Positions 48,185 through 56,505 of a DNA stretch of 64,000 nucleotides are shown piece after piece. Positions within the stretch are counted from its first letter, which is position 1; each line of letters starts with the position of its first letter. Source of the stretch: an archaeon (lineage in GTDB: Archaea; Nanobdellota; Nanobdellia; Pacearchaeales; GW2011-AR1); assembly GCA_043821945.1 (NCBI GenBank), contig JBDRCH010000002.1:141-64140 (forward strand), read 5' to 3'. The translations under genes were made by a program, and so were the position numbers. Under the pieces are notes generated by a model. That model had not been told where the DNA came from. It was given only the letters and a program-made list of their open reading frames with translations, and did no database searches.

Positions 48185-48982
48185 ATGGGGAAAGTAATTG
48201 GTGTTATTAGTTTGAAGGGTGGTGTTGGAAAAACTTCTGTGGTTACTGCTCTTGGGGACTCTATTGCTAATTTCAATAAGAAAGTTTTATTGATCGATGG
48301 AAATCTATCTGCCCCTAATTTGGGCTTATATTTGGATATTATTAATCCAAAAGTAACTCTTCATGACGTTTTAGCTAGAAAAGCAAATATCAGTGAAGCT
48401 GTTTATGGTCTTGATAATTTAGATGTTATTCCTTCAGGGCTTTTTAGTAATTTAGAAGTTAACCCTTTTTTATTAAGAGATAAAATAAAAGATCTGAAAA
48501 GGAAATACGATTCAATAATTATTGATTCTTCTCCTTCACTGGGTAATGAAACTCTTGCAGTAATGCTAGCTTCTGATAGGCTTATTGTTGTGACAACCCC
48601 TGATTATCCTACTTTAAGCACAACCCTGAAAGCTATTAAATTAGCCAAACAGAGAGGAACTAAGATAGATGGATTAATTATTAATAAGGCATATGGTAAA
48701 AAATTTGAATTGTCTTTTGAAGATATAGAAAGCACTTTAGAAGTGCCTGTTTTGGCGGTTATTCCTTATGATATTAATGTGTTGAAGGCTTTATCTGAGT
48801 TTACTCCTTCTACAAGTTCTAAGCCTAAATCAAAAGCTAGTGAGGAGTATAAACATCTTGGAGCTATTTTAATTGGGGAAAAGTATAAGGCATCTAAATT
48901 AAAGAGATTGGATAAATGGATCAATCCTAAAAGACAAGAGATTAATCGAGAAGTTTATTATAGGAGTGTTTTTGGGAATTAG
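48185..48982 (+). CDS. MinD/ParA-family P-loop ATPase
   Basis: Deviant Walker A SLKGGVGKTS and IIDSSPSL. Confidence 0.7.
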   Translation: MGKVIGVISLKGGVGKTSVVTALGDSIANFNKKVLLIDGNLSAPNLGLYLDIINPKVTLHDVLARKANISEAVYGLDNLDVIPSGLFSNLEVNPFLLRDKIKDLKRKYDSIIIDSSPSLGNETLAVMLASDRLIVVTTPDYPTLSTTLKAIKLAKQRGTKIDGLIINKAYGKKFELSFEDIESTLEVPVLAVIPYDINVLKALSEFTPSTSSKPKSKASEEYKHLGAILIGEKYKASKLKRLDKWINPKRQEINREVYYRSVFGN

Positions 48983-49023
48983 CATCAAAAGTCTTAAAAA
49001 TAGAATTCTTCTTTTGTTGTTAG

Positions 49024-49137
49024 AGCCCCATAGTTCAGTGGTCAAGAATACTAGCCTTTGGCGCAAAATGCACGCATCTTGGGTTCATCGCTTTGCGAAG
49101 AAAGCTAGGGACCCAGGTTCGAATCCTGGTGGGGCTA
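49024..49137 (+). tRNA. tRNA-Gln(UUG) with a 41-nt canonical BHB intron (49062..49102)
   Basis: Acceptor AGCCCCA/TGGGGCT (A1:U72), D arm GTTC/GAAT, anticodon stem CTAGC/GCTAG, loop CT-TTG-G...A, T arm CCAGG-TTCGAAT-CCTGG. Intron forms helix-bulge(GGC)-4 bp-bulge(AAA)-helix. No encoded CCA. Confidence 0.8.
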
Positions 49138-49262
49138 TAGGATAAAATGTTCTACATCTGGCAAGACTATTTGATTTGAACTTTCCAGATTCGAGAGTTA
49201 GATATAAAATCCTCACTCGTCTGTTATTGAATGTTTGAAGCGAACGAATTCAAGTGAGCTAT

Positions 49263-49865
49263 TTAACCCTTATATCTTCCCCTCTTTTCAACCGCTTTAA
49301 GTCTTTCAAGAACTATTTTTGAGTTTTTAGATTTCTTGTATCCTTTTAAAACTTCTTTAAATAATTCTTCTGCATGTCTGAAATGTTTTGCAACAAGTGC
49401 TTGTTTTAGAAGATGAATATCAACAGCTTTGTCTTCGTGTTTTCCATTAAAATATCCGAGACCAAAATCTATTAAGTATATCTTGTTTTCAAATAAAATA
49501 ATATTACTTGTTGTGAGATCTCCGTGAATAATATCTTGGTCATGAAGTTTTGCAATATCTGTTCCAATTTGCTTTAGAATTTGCTTTTGTTTTTTTATAG
49601 GAAGTTCATCAAGGTGTTCTGAGAGTTTTTTTCCTTTGATGTAGGGAAGAATTAATTTGTGTTCTTGAATTTCAATTGGAAACGGGCAATTAATATTTTG
49701 TGAAGCTTTGGTTAGTAGTTTTGCTTCTGAGCGAGTTCTTCTTTTTCTAATCGTTTTATCTAATTTAGGAATTCTATATGATTTTGTGATTCTGTCTTTT
49801 GTGATAATGCCTTTTGAAAGAATTATTTTTGCTTCTGCTCCTTGGGCTATTATTTTTTGAGTCAT
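49263..49865 (-). CDS. bud32: Bud32/PRPK-type kinase (KEOPS subunit)
   Basis: 200 aa. IAQGAEAKII, KSYRIPKLD...RRTRSEAKLL, HGDLTTSNII, and IDFGL. Confidence 0.8.
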   Translation of the reverse strand: MTQKIIAQGAEAKIILSKGIITKDRITKSYRIPKLDKTIRKRRTRSEAKLLTKASQNINCPFPIEIQEHKLILPYIKGKKLSEHLDELPIKKQKQILKQIGTDIAKLHDQDIIHGDLTTSNIILFENKIYLIDFGLGYFNGKHEDKAVDIHLLKQALVAKHFRHAEELFKEVLKGYKKSKNSKIVLERLKAVEKRGRYKG

Positions 49866-49915
49866 ATATATTTCATTGTAATTATCTTTAAATAGTTTTT
49901 ATTTATTGACATCTT

Positions 49916-50225
49916 ATGAATGTTATAAATATGAATTTTGAAGGTATGAATATATCTAATGTAATAAGAATTGCTGGATCCTTAGATAGTTTTTTGGTTT
50001 CGAAAAACTATCGAACCATAGGAGATTCTCCTGATCTCAAGGAGAACCCAAGAACATTAGTATATGAGAATAAAGAATCAAGAGTTAGAATTAGTAAATA
50101 CTGCCACTTTTTTTAATTCAACTAGTGCAAATATTAGAGTAGATGTTCTTGATGATTATGGAACTGTTGATGCAAGAGAAAACGAAGCCTATAAACTTCG
50201 TGAAGCAGTAAAAAATTCTTCTTAA
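49916..50225 (+). pseudogene. Possible frameshifted small gene (two overlapping frames joined at a T7 run)
   Basis: The 66-aa ORF ends at 50116. A second frame continues NSTSANIRVDVLDDYGTVDARENEAYKLREAVKNSS to 50225. The frames switch at cacttttttta (about 50107-50114). Confidence 0.2.
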
Positions 50226-51589
50226 AATCTCATCTTTTTCCCTTTCATAAATTTCTTTGCCATTTTCATCATTTGTTTTTGGCTCATCCCTTTTTCTGGA
50301 TCAATTTCTGTTTGAGATTTAATCATTTCATTTAGCATATCATATTGTTTTAGAAGTGAGCGAATTTCAGAATTGTTTACTCCTGCACCTTGAGCAATTC
50401 TTGAAATTCTGGAAGTTTGTTTTTTTAAAATTTCTGGATTATCTTTTTCTTCTGGGGTCATTGATTTTATAATATGCTCCCATTTTGCAATTTTTTGCTG
50501 TTGCGTGTCCATTAAATTTTCTGGAATTTTTGCATTGCCTAAACCAGGAATCATTCCCTTAATTTTATCAAATCCACCTAAAGAATTCATTGATTTGATT
50601 TGTTCCACGACATCATCAAGAGTGAGTTTTCCTTCTTCAAGGCGTTTTTGTATTTTCTTTTGTTGTTTTTCATCTGTTGCTGATTTGATTTTTTCTATTA
50701 GCGATTGTAGATCCCCCATTCCAAGAAGTCTTGAGAGAAATGATTTTGGATTAAATTCTTCAAGGTCATTTATTTTTTCACCTGTTGTTATAAAATAAAC
50801 TGGTGCAGAAGTTTCTGCACAGGCTGTCAAAGCCCCTCCTGCTTTTGCAGAAGAATCCATCCTTGTAATAATAACTCCTGAAATATCCACTGCTTCTTTG
50901 AATTCCTGGGCTTGTTTTTTTGCTGCTTGACCAATATCAGCAGGCATTACTAAAATTGATTCTGTGGGATTTATTTCTTTACTTAAAGATTTTATTTCTT
51001 TTTCTAATTCTTTATCTAAATTGTGGCGTCCAGCAGTGTCGATTAGAATTAAATTGTAATCCTTTAATTGTTTTTCAAGTTTTTTCCATGTTTTAACCGC
51101 ATCATTTTCTTCTAAATCAATAAAATAATTTAATTTGTTTTTTTCAGCCAATTGTTTTAGTTGTTCCTTTGCTGCTGGTCTGTGCACATCTAAACCAATT
51201 AAGGCGACTTTTTTCCCACGTTTTGCATAGTAATTTCCTAATTTGGCAATTGTAGTTGTTTTACCCGCCCCATATAATCCAAGAAGGATAATTCTATTTT
51301 GTTTTGAATTTAATTTTAATTGTTTGTATTCCCCAAGAATATTCACAAGTCCATCATGTAAGAGTTTTATTATATGTTCTTTTTTTTCTATTTCTTTTAT
51401 TCTTTCATCTAGTGCTACTTTTTTTATCTTATCACTTAATTGTTTAACTAAGATAATATTTACATCTGCTTCTATAAGTGCTCTTTGCAGGTCTCTTACA
51501 ATTGAATCAACTAGGTTTTTGTCTAGAAATATAGCATTAGCTAGTTTGTTTGTTGCTTTTTTTAACACTTCTCCTAGTTTTTCTAGCAT
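50222..51589 (-). CDS. srp54: Signal recognition particle protein SRP54
   Basis: 455 aa. NG domain GLYGAGKTTT, DTAGR, and TRMD, with a Met-rich C-terminal M domain. Confidence 0.9.
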   Translation of the reverse strand: MLEKLGEVLKKATNKLANAIFLDKNLVDSIVRDLQRALIEADVNIILVKQLSDKIKKVALDERIKEIEKKEHIIKLLHDGLVNILGEYKQLKLNSKQNRIILLGLYGAGKTTTIAKLGNYYAKRGKKVALIGLDVHRPAAKEQLKQLAEKNKLNYFIDLEENDAVKTWKKLEKQLKDYNLILIDTAGRHNLDKELEKEIKSLSKEINPTESILVMPADIGQAAKKQAQEFKEAVDISGVIITRMDSSAKAGGALTACAETSAPVYFITTGEKINDLEEFNPKSFLSRLLGMGDLQSLIEKIKSATDEKQQKKIQKRLEEGKLTLDDVVEQIKSMNSLGGFDKIKGMIPGLGNAKIPENLMDTQQQKIAKWEHIIKSMTPEEKDNPEILKKQTSRISRIAQGAGVNNSEIRSLLKQYDMLNEMIKSQTEIDPEKGMSQKQMMKMAKKFMKGKKMRF

Positions 51590-51590
51590 T

Positions 51591-52415
51591 TTAATCTATT
51601 TTTAAATTGTCTAGAGGGCTTTTAATATTTTCTAAATCTGATTTTGCTATGTGGGTATAGATTTGCGTTGTTCTTAAGTTTTTGTGACCGAGTAGTTTTT
51701 GAATTTTTCTTATGTCAATTCCTGCTTCAAGAAGGTGAGTGGCAAACGAATGCCTTAATACATGGGGGCGTATCTTTCTTTGTAAAACTTTTTTGGAAGA
51801 TTTTTCTATTATTTTTTCAATTGTTTTTGAAGAATATTTTTTATTTCTATTTGATTCAAAAAGATAATTTTTAGGAGATTCTTTTAATAAATGAGTTAAA
51901 AGTTCTTTTTCTAAACTTTTTGGAAAAAGGGTTATCCTGTCTTTTTTCCCTTTTCCTTGACGCACAATTAAGACTTTTCTTTCTATATCTATATCTTTGG
52001 GTTTAAGATTTAGGAGTTCTGAAACTCTTAAGCCTCCTGCATACATTAATTTTATCATAAGCTTATGTTTTTTATTGGTGATTGAATGGATAATTTTTTT
52101 TGTTTGTTCTTTATTTAGAACTTCTGGAATTTTTGACTCTCTTTTGTAATTTGGAAGATCAAATTCTTGAGATTTTCCAAGAAGATTAAATAGTAATTTT
52201 AGGACAGCATATTTTTGTTTTATGTAGCTTGTACTTTGTTTTTTATTAATTGCATTTAAAATATACTCCTTAACATCATTATTTGAGATATTATTAGAAC
52301 TTTTAAGAAAATCACTTATGATTAAATTATATGATTTTATTGTTTTTTGAGAGAAATTATGTAGTTTTAAGTAATTCTCATATTCATTTTTAATAGAACT
52401 TACTTCTTTATTCAT
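51591..52415 (-). CDS. xerA: Tyrosine recombinase, XerA-like
   Basis: 274 aa. GLRVSEL (Arg), HVLRHSFATHLL (HxxR), and LGHKNLRTTQIYTH (catalytic Tyr). Confidence 0.75.
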   Translation of the reverse strand: MNKEVSSIKNEYENYLKLHNFSQKTIKSYNLIISDFLKSSNNISNNDVKEYILNAINKKQSTSYIKQKYAVLKLLFNLLGKSQEFDLPNYKRESKIPEVLNKEQTKKIIHSITNKKHKLMIKLMYAGGLRVSELLNLKPKDIDIERKVLIVRQGKGKKDRITLFPKSLEKELLTHLLKESPKNYLFESNRNKKYSSKTIEKIIEKSSKKVLQRKIRPHVLRHSFATHLLEAGIDIRKIQKLLGHKNLRTTQIYTHIAKSDLENIKSPLDNLKID

Positions 52416-52482
52416 ACATAATATAATGAATAAATCTTTATATAATTTTTGGAAAAGTTCGATTAAAAGTTGTTAGTTTCAA

Positions 52483-52495
52483 TCAGCCGAGGGCA
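52483..52495. repeat. Left arm of a perfect 13-bp GC-rich inverted repeat (tcagccgagggca)
   Basis: Exact reverse complement of 53305..53317. Lies 35 nt upstream of the ORF start at 52531. Confidence 0.9.
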
Positions 52496-52530
52496 CAATG
52501 CTTATATACTTCTTAACTATTTTTTAATTT

Positions 52531-53304
52531 ATGAAGGTTAATTTTTTTGAGGAATTTCCTAATGAGGAAAATTTAGAAAAGCTAAAACTAATAAATTTTC
52601 CATCATTAATCTATGTAGCCGCCAAGTCTTTAGAAGAATTCAATCATATCAAAAAGAAAATCTTAAGTATTAATTCAAAAGTCGAAGTAGGATACTGGCC
52701 AATTCTAGAGAAATCTTATTGGTTTTCGCCATTCTCATACACTTTTGAATTAAAAAAATTATATGATGATTTGCTCAAAAATAAAAAAGATAAATCTCTT
52801 AAAATTTTGATTGATTTAGAACTTCCTTTTTTGAGTCCAAAATTATTTTTTTGGAATCTGTTTTCTTTTTTCAAAAATAAAAAACTTATTAAGAAAATCT
52901 TTACAGATTCAAAAAAATTGAATATCCAAATCTTAACTGCTGAATACCCAATTCCAAGTAAAATAGTTCAAAAGAAATTTGAGTGGCTAGGTGTTTCTTA
53001 TCCTATAAGAAAATATCCCCATAAGAAGATAGTAATGTTTTATTCAAGTATGATTAAAAATAAATTTCTTTTAAAAAAAATAAAACAATATATTACTAAA
53101 CGTTCTTTGGAATTGGGTAAAAATCTTCAGATTGGTTTAGGAACTATTGCGATTGGAATTCTGGGAAATGAACCAATTTTAAAACCTGAAAATTTGGACA
53201 AGGATTTATCTTTTTGTAAAAAAAATAAAATTGATTCTGTAGTAATATTCAGACTTGGCGGCCTTAATAATTTATACCTCAAAAAAATTAAAAAATACTT
53301 ATAA
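52531..53304 (+). CDS. Hypothetical protein bracketed by an inverted repeat
   Basis: 257 aa, Lys-rich, no recognised motifs. The stop codon directly abuts the right repeat arm. Confidence 0.5.
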   Translation: MKVNFFEEFPNEENLEKLKLINFPSLIYVAAKSLEEFNHIKKKILSINSKVEVGYWPILEKSYWFSPFSYTFELKKLYDDLLKNKKDKSLKILIDLELPFLSPKLFFWNLFSFFKNKKLIKKIFTDSKKLNIQILTAEYPIPSKIVQKKFEWLGVSYPIRKYPHKKIVMFYSSMIKNKFLLKKIKQYITKRSLELGKNLQIGLGTIAIGILGNEPILKPENLDKDLSFCKKNKIDSVVIFRLGGLNNLYLKKIKKYL

Positions 53305-53317
53305 TGCCCTCGGCTGA
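53305..53317. repeat. Right arm of the 13-bp inverted repeat (tgccctcggctga)
   Basis: Exact reverse complement of 52483..52495. Confidence 0.9.
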
Positions 53318-53516
53318 CTTTGGATTTTTCCTTCGGAACGTTGCACTAAAATCCAACCCCTCCAAGTATTCGGGGGGAACTAACAGGGCTTAAAGGGTTC
53401 GCTCGTCGGCACGCTGCGCTCTCGCCTATCGGCTCGGGGCAATTAACAGGGCTTATGAGGAAATTTGCGAGCCGAGCAAATTTCCCAAATTTCTTCCGCT
53501 TCGCTCCAGAAACTTT
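53305..53516. ncRNA. GC-rich non-coding island: candidate structured RNA, identity and strand unresolved
   Basis: About 210 nt convergent intergenic region, much more GC-rich than its surroundings (as is the tRNA). Hairpins TTGGATTTT/AAAATCCAA and GGAAATTTGC-gagccga-GCAAATTTCC. Direct repeat aacagggctta x2. No ORF. Confidence 0.35.
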
Positions 53517-54650
53517 TCACAACCCTAATTTTTCAATAAATTTCTTCTTATCAAATACTTCAATATCATCGTATTCTTGACCTATGCCCAAGTAGAGAAT
53601 TGGTTTTTTTGTGATATAACCTACTGATAAAGCTGTTCCTCCTTTTTCGTCGATGTCTGCTTTTGTTAGAATTATCCCATCAATGCCAATGCTCCAGTCA
53701 AAGCTTTTTACTTGTTCAATTGCGTCGTTTCCTGTTAAACTTTCTCCAACATATATTTTTGTGTCTGGTTTTGTTACTTTTGAAATTTTTTCTATTTCTT
53801 TTAATAAATTTTTTGAAGTGTGCATTCTTCCTGCTGTATCAATCAACACACAATTGATAAAATTCTTTTTTGCGTATTTTATTGCATCAAAACCTACTGC
53901 TGCTGGATCAGATCCATATCCTTGTGAAATTACTTTCACATCTAATTTTTCTCCGTGCTTTTTTAATTGTTCAATTGAAGCTGCTCTAAATGTGTCTGCT
54001 GCAGCAAGAACACAAGATATGTTTTGTTTTTTAAGCGATTCTGCAATCTTTGCAAGTGTTGTTGTTTTTCCTGTACCATTTATTCCACAAAATAAAATAA
54101 CATAAGGTTCTTTTGATTCTTTGGATTTTTCTTTTATTTTTTCAACTAAATCAAAAGGTTCAATTAATATCTCATTGATTATTTCTTTAAATAAATCTTT
54201 AATTTCTTCTTCTATTTCTTTTTTTAATAATTCTTTTCCAATTATTTTTTCTTTTAATTCTTGGATCATTTTTTCAGTTACTTCTAATGCAACATTATTC
54301 TCTAAAAGTAACATTTCAAGTTCTTCTGAATAAACTTCGAATTCTTTATCAGTTATTTTTATCTTATTTATTTTTGAAGTAACTTGTTTAAAGAATGATT
54401 TTTTATCTTTTTTAATATCTGAAAGAGTTTCTTTTTTTTCAGAAGAGGAGACCTCTTTTATTAATTTTTCCTCTATTTGTTTTATTTGATCTAAATCTGG
54501 CTCAAATTTAAGGAATCCAACATTATATCTTGTTTGAGGGATTATCTCTTTAGGAACTTCTTCTTCATGTTCTTCATCAAATTTTTCTTCTGATTTTTCA
54601 GATACTTTTTTTGCCCAATTGCTAAGTTTTTCTTTTAGTGATTTAAACAT
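53517..54650 (-). CDS. ftsY: SRP receptor FtsY
   Basis: 377 aa. Acidic N-terminus, NG domain GINGTGKTTT, DTAGR, TKAD. Confidence 0.9.
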   Translation of the reverse strand: MFKSLKEKLSNWAKKVSEKSEEKFDEEHEEEVPKEIIPQTRYNVGFLKFEPDLDQIKQIEEKLIKEVSSSEKKETLSDIKKDKKSFFKQVTSKINKIKITDKEFEVYSEELEMLLLENNVALEVTEKMIQELKEKIIGKELLKKEIEEEIKDLFKEIINEILIEPFDLVEKIKEKSKESKEPYVILFCGINGTGKTTTLAKIAESLKKQNISCVLAAADTFRAASIEQLKKHGEKLDVKVISQGYGSDPAAVGFDAIKYAKKNFINCVLIDTAGRMHTSKNLLKEIEKISKVTKPDTKIYVGESLTGNDAIEQVKSFDWSIGIDGIILTKADIDEKGGTALSVGYITKKPILYLGIGQEYDDIEVFDKKKFIEKLGL

Positions 54651-54730
54651 AATTTGAAGAGATAAAAGATATTTATAATCTTAACTAATCTTACAATAAT
54701 CTTTTTATAGGGTATTTTGCTTTTTAGTTT

Positions 54731-54991
54731 ATGAAGCTAAAAAAAGTTGATTTTTATAAGGGTGTTAAGGATGATTTTGCTGATTTATTAATCAATCATG
54801 AAGTTAGAGTCAGAAATGCTTTGAAGAAAAATTTAGAAAAATTAGCTTTTATTAGGGATTTTCATAAAGGATGGGTTATCGGAATTATTTCTGATATAGA
54901 AGATATTTTTGTTTATACCATGAAAGATACTGAAGGAAAATCTTTGAGTTTACATTATAATGATATGAGCAGTTTTTATCTTGTTAGTTAA
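54731..54991 (+). CDS. Hypothetical protein
   Basis: 86 aa ORF with no motifs. Confidence 0.3.
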   Translation: MKLKKVDFYKGVKDDFADLLINHEVRVRNALKKNLEKLAFIRDFHKGWVIGIISDIEDIFVYTMKDTEGKSLSLHYNDMSSFYLVS

Positions 54992-55106
54992 TTTTTATTG
55001 ATTTGTGGAATACAAATTCTTATAAATAATAGGTATCTTATATTCATATGAAAACAAAATCGAAAATTTTTTATTTAATTAAATTTAAACAAGAAAGTAA
55101 ATCTAA

Positions 55107-56351
55107 ATGAAAGGTATATTAGTGATAATCGATGGGATGGGGGATTTGCCTTGTGTTCAACTTGAGGGTCAAACACCTTTAGAAGTAGCAAAGACCCCTA
55201 ATCTTGATTTTTTAGCTACAAGAGGTGAGATGGGTGTGATGTATCCTGTTAAACCAGGATTTGTGCCAGAATCTGATGAAGCAATTGTTTCTATTTTTGG
55301 AAATAATTTAATCTCAAGTACAAGAGGACAATTAGAAGCAAGAGGAGTTGGTTTGAAATTAACAAGAGGGGATCTTGCTTTGAGAACTAATTTTGCAACA
55401 ATTGATTCTGAGAAAGAAGGAAATATTCTTGATAGAAGATCAGGACGAACCTTAACAACTGCTGAAGCTGAATTTCTTGCTAAATCATTGAACAATAAGA
55501 TTAAACTTTCTTGTAAATTTGATTTTGAACCAACAATTCAACATAGAGGGGTTTTGGTTTTTAGGGGTGGTTTTTCAGATAATTTTATTCCAAATGATAT
55601 AACTTATACTCAAGGAAAACTTTTAGGAAATGATAAAATTCGACCTTGCAAACCTTCTGATGATGAAGAGAATTCTCAATACACTGTTAATGTTGTTAAT
55701 GAATTTTTGAGTCAAGCTCATGAAATTTTAGATAAGCACCCAATTAATGAAGAAAGAAGAAAGAGGGGTTTAATGCCAGCTAATTATCTTCTTGTTAGAA
55801 GTCCTGGAATTGAAATTCCAAAGTTAAAATTTTATAAGAAATGGGTTTCACCAAGTTATATGCCTCTTGAAATAGGTTTTTCTCATATCAGTGGAATGCA
55901 AGTTTTTTCTTTTGAATATCCTAAACTAATTGGTTTAGATGCTTATCAAAATTTATACGATGGTTTGAAAAAAGCATGTAGTTTTAATATAAAAATTTTG
56001 AAAAAAACCTACAAGCAATTTGATTATGCTTATGTTCATATTAAAGAGACAGATCTCCCAGGTCATGATAATAAGCCTGTTGAGAAAAAAATGATGTTAG
56101 AATATATTGACAAAACTTTGTTTAAATTCTTGAGGAAATTTGCTCCTCCTAAAAAAATCAAAGTTGTTGTCACTGCAGATCATTCAACCCCTTGTAAATT
56201 AAAAGCACATTCGTCGGATTCTGTTCCTGTTTTGTTTTATAATGATTCTCCCCCTAAAGAGAAAAAATTCTGTGAAAGAGAAGCTAGAAAAGGAACTTTG
56301 GGGAGAATTATGGGAAATGATTTGTTAAGCAAAGTGGGATTTGTCAAATAA
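55107..56351 (+). CDS. apgM: 2,3-bisphosphoglycerate-independent phosphoglycerate mutase, archaeal type
   Basis: 414 aa. ILVIIDGMGD, IKETDLPGHD, and VVVTADHSTP are metalloenzyme-superfamily motifs. Confidence 0.75.
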   Translation: MKGILVIIDGMGDLPCVQLEGQTPLEVAKTPNLDFLATRGEMGVMYPVKPGFVPESDEAIVSIFGNNLISSTRGQLEARGVGLKLTRGDLALRTNFATIDSEKEGNILDRRSGRTLTTAEAEFLAKSLNNKIKLSCKFDFEPTIQHRGVLVFRGGFSDNFIPNDITYTQGKLLGNDKIRPCKPSDDEENSQYTVNVVNEFLSQAHEILDKHPINEERRKRGLMPANYLLVRSPGIEIPKLKFYKKWVSPSYMPLEIGFSHISGMQVFSFEYPKLIGLDAYQNLYDGLKKACSFNIKILKKTYKQFDYAYVHIKETDLPGHDNKPVEKKMMLEYIDKTLFKFLRKFAPPKKIKVVVTADHSTPCKLKAHSSDSVPVLFYNDSPPKEKKFCEREARKGTLGRIMGNDLLSKVGFVK

Positions 56352-56458
56352 AAAGATGGTTAGTAAAAGAGATGAAAATTTTATTAGAAAATTTGTTGAA
56401 TTATATATTTAAAAAATTGATTTAGATTTACAATTGAAGATGAACAATATAGAAAATA

Positions 56459-56495
56459 TAAATATTCTGGTAAAAACATGAAAATATTTTTGGGA
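56459..56495. repeat. Intergenic repeat family, copy A
   Basis: aaatattctggtaaaaacatgaaaatatttttggga differs from copy B by 1 nt over about 37 nt. Confidence 0.8.
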
Positions 56496-56505
56496 AATCA
56501 AAACT

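Noticed and set aside
49024-52415. tRNA-adjacent integrated element (tRNA-Gln ... integrase)
   Set aside because: The intervening genes are core housekeeping genes (bud32, srp54). I saw no direct repeat of the tRNA 3' end that would mark an att site.
51591-53317. Integron-like reading: tyrosine recombinase divergent from an ORF cassette flanked by repeats
   Set aside because: The recombinase is short and XerA-like, with no visible IntI-specific extra domain. Only one cassette-like unit is present. I could not find attC-type R''/R' cores (RYYYAAC/GTTRRRY). Kept only as a minor alternative in the finding.
53305-53516. Assigning the GC-rich island to a specific RNA (SRP RNA, RNase P RNA, 5S rRNA)
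   Set aside because: Only partial resemblances were seen: ACAGGGCTTA versus the RNase P ACAGAAnnnGGCUUA, GAGGAAA, a UACUUGGAG-like stretch, and a GAGA tetraloop context. None is in the right order or pairing for a confident call by eye, so the island is reported as an unidentified candidate.
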